A model generated the notes under the pieces. That model was given only the letters and a program-made list of their open reading frames with translations. It was not told where the DNA came from and ran no database searches. DNA of 64,000 nucleotides from Felis catus (taxonomy: Eukaryota). Position numbers and translations under genes: made by a program. The stretch spans positions 30,878,001 through 30,942,000 of the forward strand of contig NC_058368.1 of assembly GCF_018350175.1 (NCBI RefSeq), given 5' to 3'. Positions 61,095 to 64,000 of the stretch are shown here, one piece after another. Every line of letters begins with the position of its first letter. Position 1 is the first letter of the stretch.

Positions 61095-63993
61095 ATATGT
61101 ACATAGACACCACCTTTTCTTTATCCATTCTTCTGTTGATGCACACTTGGTCTGCTTTCATAATTTGGCTATTGCAAATAATGCTACAATAAACATAGGG
61201 ATGCATGTATCCCTTTAAATTAGTGTTCTAGTATTCTTTGGGTAAATACCCAGTAGTGTGATTGCTGGATCATAGGGTTGTTTTATTTTTAACTTTTGGA
61301 GGAAGCTCCTTACTGTTTTCCACAATGGATGCACCAGTTTGCATTCTCATCAACAGTACAGAAGTGTTCTGTTTCCTTGTCAACCTGTTGTTTCTCGTGT
61401 TGTTGTTTTTAGCCATTTTGACAGGTGTGAGGTGATAGGTTATTGTAATTTTGCTTTGTATTTCCTTGATGGTAAGTGATGATTAACATCTCTACATGTG
61501 TATGTTGGCCATCTGTATGTCATCTTTGGAGAAATGTTTATATCTTCTGCCAGTTTTTAATTGGATTATTTGTTTTTTGTGTGTTGGGTTTTATAAGTTC
61601 TTTATATACATTGAATACTAACCCTTTATCAGATATGCCATTTGTAAATAACTTATCCCATTCATTTGGTTGTTTTTTAGTTTTGTTAATTGTTTCCCTG
61701 GCTTTACAGAACTTTTTAATTTTGATGTAGTCCCAATAGTTTATTTTTGCTTCTGTTTCCCTTGCCTTCTAGAAAGTAACTTCTAGAAACTTACGCCTGT
61801 GTTCTCTTCTAGGATTTTTAAAATTTCAGGTCTTACCTTTAGGTCTTCAATCTACTTTGAATTTTATTTGTGTATGGTGTAAGGAAGTGGCCCAGTTTCT
61901 TTCTTTTGTCTGGTGCTGTCCAGTTTTCTCAATAGCATTTGTTGAAGAGACTGTCTTTTTTTCCATTGGATATTCCCTCCTGCTTGTCAAAGATGAATTG
62001 ACCATATAGTTGTGGATTTATTTCTGGATTTTCTATTCTGTTCTGTTGATCTATGTGCCTGTATTTTTGGTAGTATCATAAGGTTTTGCTCACTACAGGT
62101 TTGTGATATAACTTGAAGTCCAGATGTCTCCAGCTTTGCTTTTTTATCTTCAAGATTACTTTGGCTCTTCAGGGTATTTTCTTGTGCCAGGCAAATTTTA
62201 GGATTGTTTGTTTTAATTCTGTGAAAATGCTTTTGGTATTGTGATAAGGTTCACATTAAGTGTGTAGATTGCTTTGGGTAATACAGACATGTTAACAATA
62301 TTTGTTCTTCCAATCCATGAGGTTGAAATGTCTTTCCATTCATCTGTGTCATCTTCAGTTTCTTTCATCAGTGTTGTGTACTTTTCAGAGTATAGGTCTT
62401 TTAGCTCTTTGGTTAGGTTTATTCCTAGGTATCCTATTCTTTTGGTACAATTGTAAGTGGGATTGTTTTCTGAATTTTTCTTTCAGCTGCTTTATTATGG
62501 GTGTTTAGAAATGCAACAGATTTCTGTACATTAATTTTGTATCCTGTGACTTCATTAAATTTGGGTATCAGTTCTAGCAGTTTTTTTGCATGGAGTCTTT
62601 TGGGTTTTCTATATATAGGATCATGCCATTTGCAAAAAGTGAAAGTTTTACTTCTAACTTACTGATTTTGATTACTTCTATTTCTTTGTCTTTTCTTATT
62701 GCTATGGCTAGGACTTCTAGTGCTATATTCAATAAAAGTGGTGAGTGGACCTCCTTGTCTTGTTCTTGACCTTATGGGAAAATCTCTCAGTTTTTCCCCA
62801 CTAAGGATGATGTTATCTGTGGGTTTTTTATATATGGCCTTTATTATATTGAAATCGGTTACCTCTTAACCTATTTTACAGAGGGTTTTGATCATGAATG
62901 GATGTTGTACTTTTTAAAATGCTTTTTATGCATCTACTGAAGTGATCATAGTATTCTTATCCTTTCTCTTACTGATGTGATGTATCACATTAATTGATCT
63001 GCGAATATTGAACTACCCTTGCAACCCAGGAATAAATCCACTTGATCGTTGTGAATGATTTTTTAAATGTATTATTGGATTCAGTTTGCTAGTATTTTGT
63101 TGAGGATTTTTGCATCTCTTTTCATCAGGGATATTGGCCTACAGTTCTCTTTCTGAGTGGTTTCTGTATCTGGTTTTGATATCACGATAATGCTGTCCTC
63201 ATAGAAGGAATTTGGATCTTTTCCTTCCTTTTCTATTATTTGGAGTAGCTTGAAAAGAATAGCTGTTAAGTGTCTCTCTCTCCTCTGTCTCTCTCTTTTT
63301 TGGTATTAACTCTTCTTTAATGTTTGGTACAGTTCACCTGTGAAGCCCTTTGGCCCCAGGCTTTTGTTGGTTGAGCGTTTTCTGGATTACTGATTCAAGT
63401 TCTTTGCTGGTTATCAGTCTGTTCAAATTTTTATTTCTTCCTCTTTCAGTTTTAGTAGTTTATATGTTTCTAGCAATTTATTCATTTCTTCTACATTGTC
63501 TAATTTGTTGGTGTGTAGTTTTTCATAATCTCTTATAAATGTATTTCTGTGATGTTAATTGTATAAATGTATTTCTGTGATGTTATTTCTCATTTCTCAT
63601 TTGTGATTTTATTTGAGTTCCTTCTTTTTTTCTTCATAAGTCTGGGTAGAGGTTGATCAATTTTACTTACTTTTCAAAGAACCAGCTTCTGGTTTCATTG
63701 ATCTGTTCTGTTTGTTTGTTTGTTTCTATATCATTTATTTCTGCTCTAATCTTTTTATTGCCTTCTTTCTACTGGTTTAGGTTTTTTTTTTTCTTCTCTT
63801 TCTAGTTCTTTTAAGTGTAAAGTTACGTTATTTATTTGAGATTTTTCTTGCTTCTTGAGGTATGCCTATATTGCTATAAACTTCCCTCTTAAAACTTCTT
63901 TTGCTGCATCCCAAAGGTTTTGCACTGTTGTATTTTCATTTTTATTTGTTTCCACGTACTTTTTTATTTCTCCTTTTATTTTTTGGCTGACCC
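60640..63993 (-). mobile_element. Carnivore LINE-1, 3' UTR and about 2.8 kb of degraded ORF2
   Basis: aattccagttagttaacatacagtg 3' end; colinear homology with the L1 at 27.0-29.3 kb; continues through RT-region sequence (gaatattgaactacccttgcaacccaggaataaatcc) to window end. Confidence 0.95.
61040..61092. repeat. (CG)7(CA)n compound microsatellite inside the L1
   Basis: Directly visible. Confidence 0.97.
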
Positions 63994-64000
63994 AAAAAAA

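Noticed and set aside
1..64000. ORF track entries as host protein-coding genes
   Set aside because: All are under 140 aa, many start at non-ATG codons, and those with recognisable content are SINE, microsatellite or broken L1 ORF2 translations; no coherent exon chain was found
1..64000. Recurring ~200-bp repeats as a CRISPR-like or novel array system
   Set aside because: They are dispersed Can-SINEs in both orientations with individual TSDs and A tails, not regularly spaced repeats with spacers
63985..64000. Abrupt switch from L1 sequence to an A-run at the window end
   Set aside because: Only 7 nt visible; cannot distinguish a 5' truncation point from another insertion without the next window

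Overview
AT-rich, repeat-dense, non-coding mammalian DNA, almost certainly from a felid or close feliform. The assignment rests on about 21 tRNA-derived Can-SINEs of the felid (SINEC_Fc-like) type, most with visible target-site duplications (TSDs), plus carnivore-type LINE-1 3' ends. No host protein-coding exon, rRNA/tRNA gene, CRISPR array or prokaryotic-type system is supportable. The ORFs I could attribute are broken L1 ORF2 pieces, SINE or microsatellite read-through, or appear to be chance. The window is intergenic or deep intronic and layered with L1, L2, MIR, MaLR, ERV1/ERVL LTRs and small hAT elements. I found no convincing novel biological system. The best leads are a probable AmnSINE1 (5S-derived, amniote-age SINE) relic at ~19.65-19.99 kb, a very decayed non-L1 reverse-transcriptase fossil at ~46.6-47.2 kb, a zero-spacer head-to-head SINE fusion at 22.2 kb, a locally templated insertion inside a SINE at 30.3 kb, a two-LTR MaLR provirus with a nested ERV1 solo LTR at 11.8-14.4 kb, and a few motif/CpG-enriched unique segments that may be enhancers. 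Repeat family names come from recalled consensus similarity, not from a search, and boundaries of old repeats are approximate.
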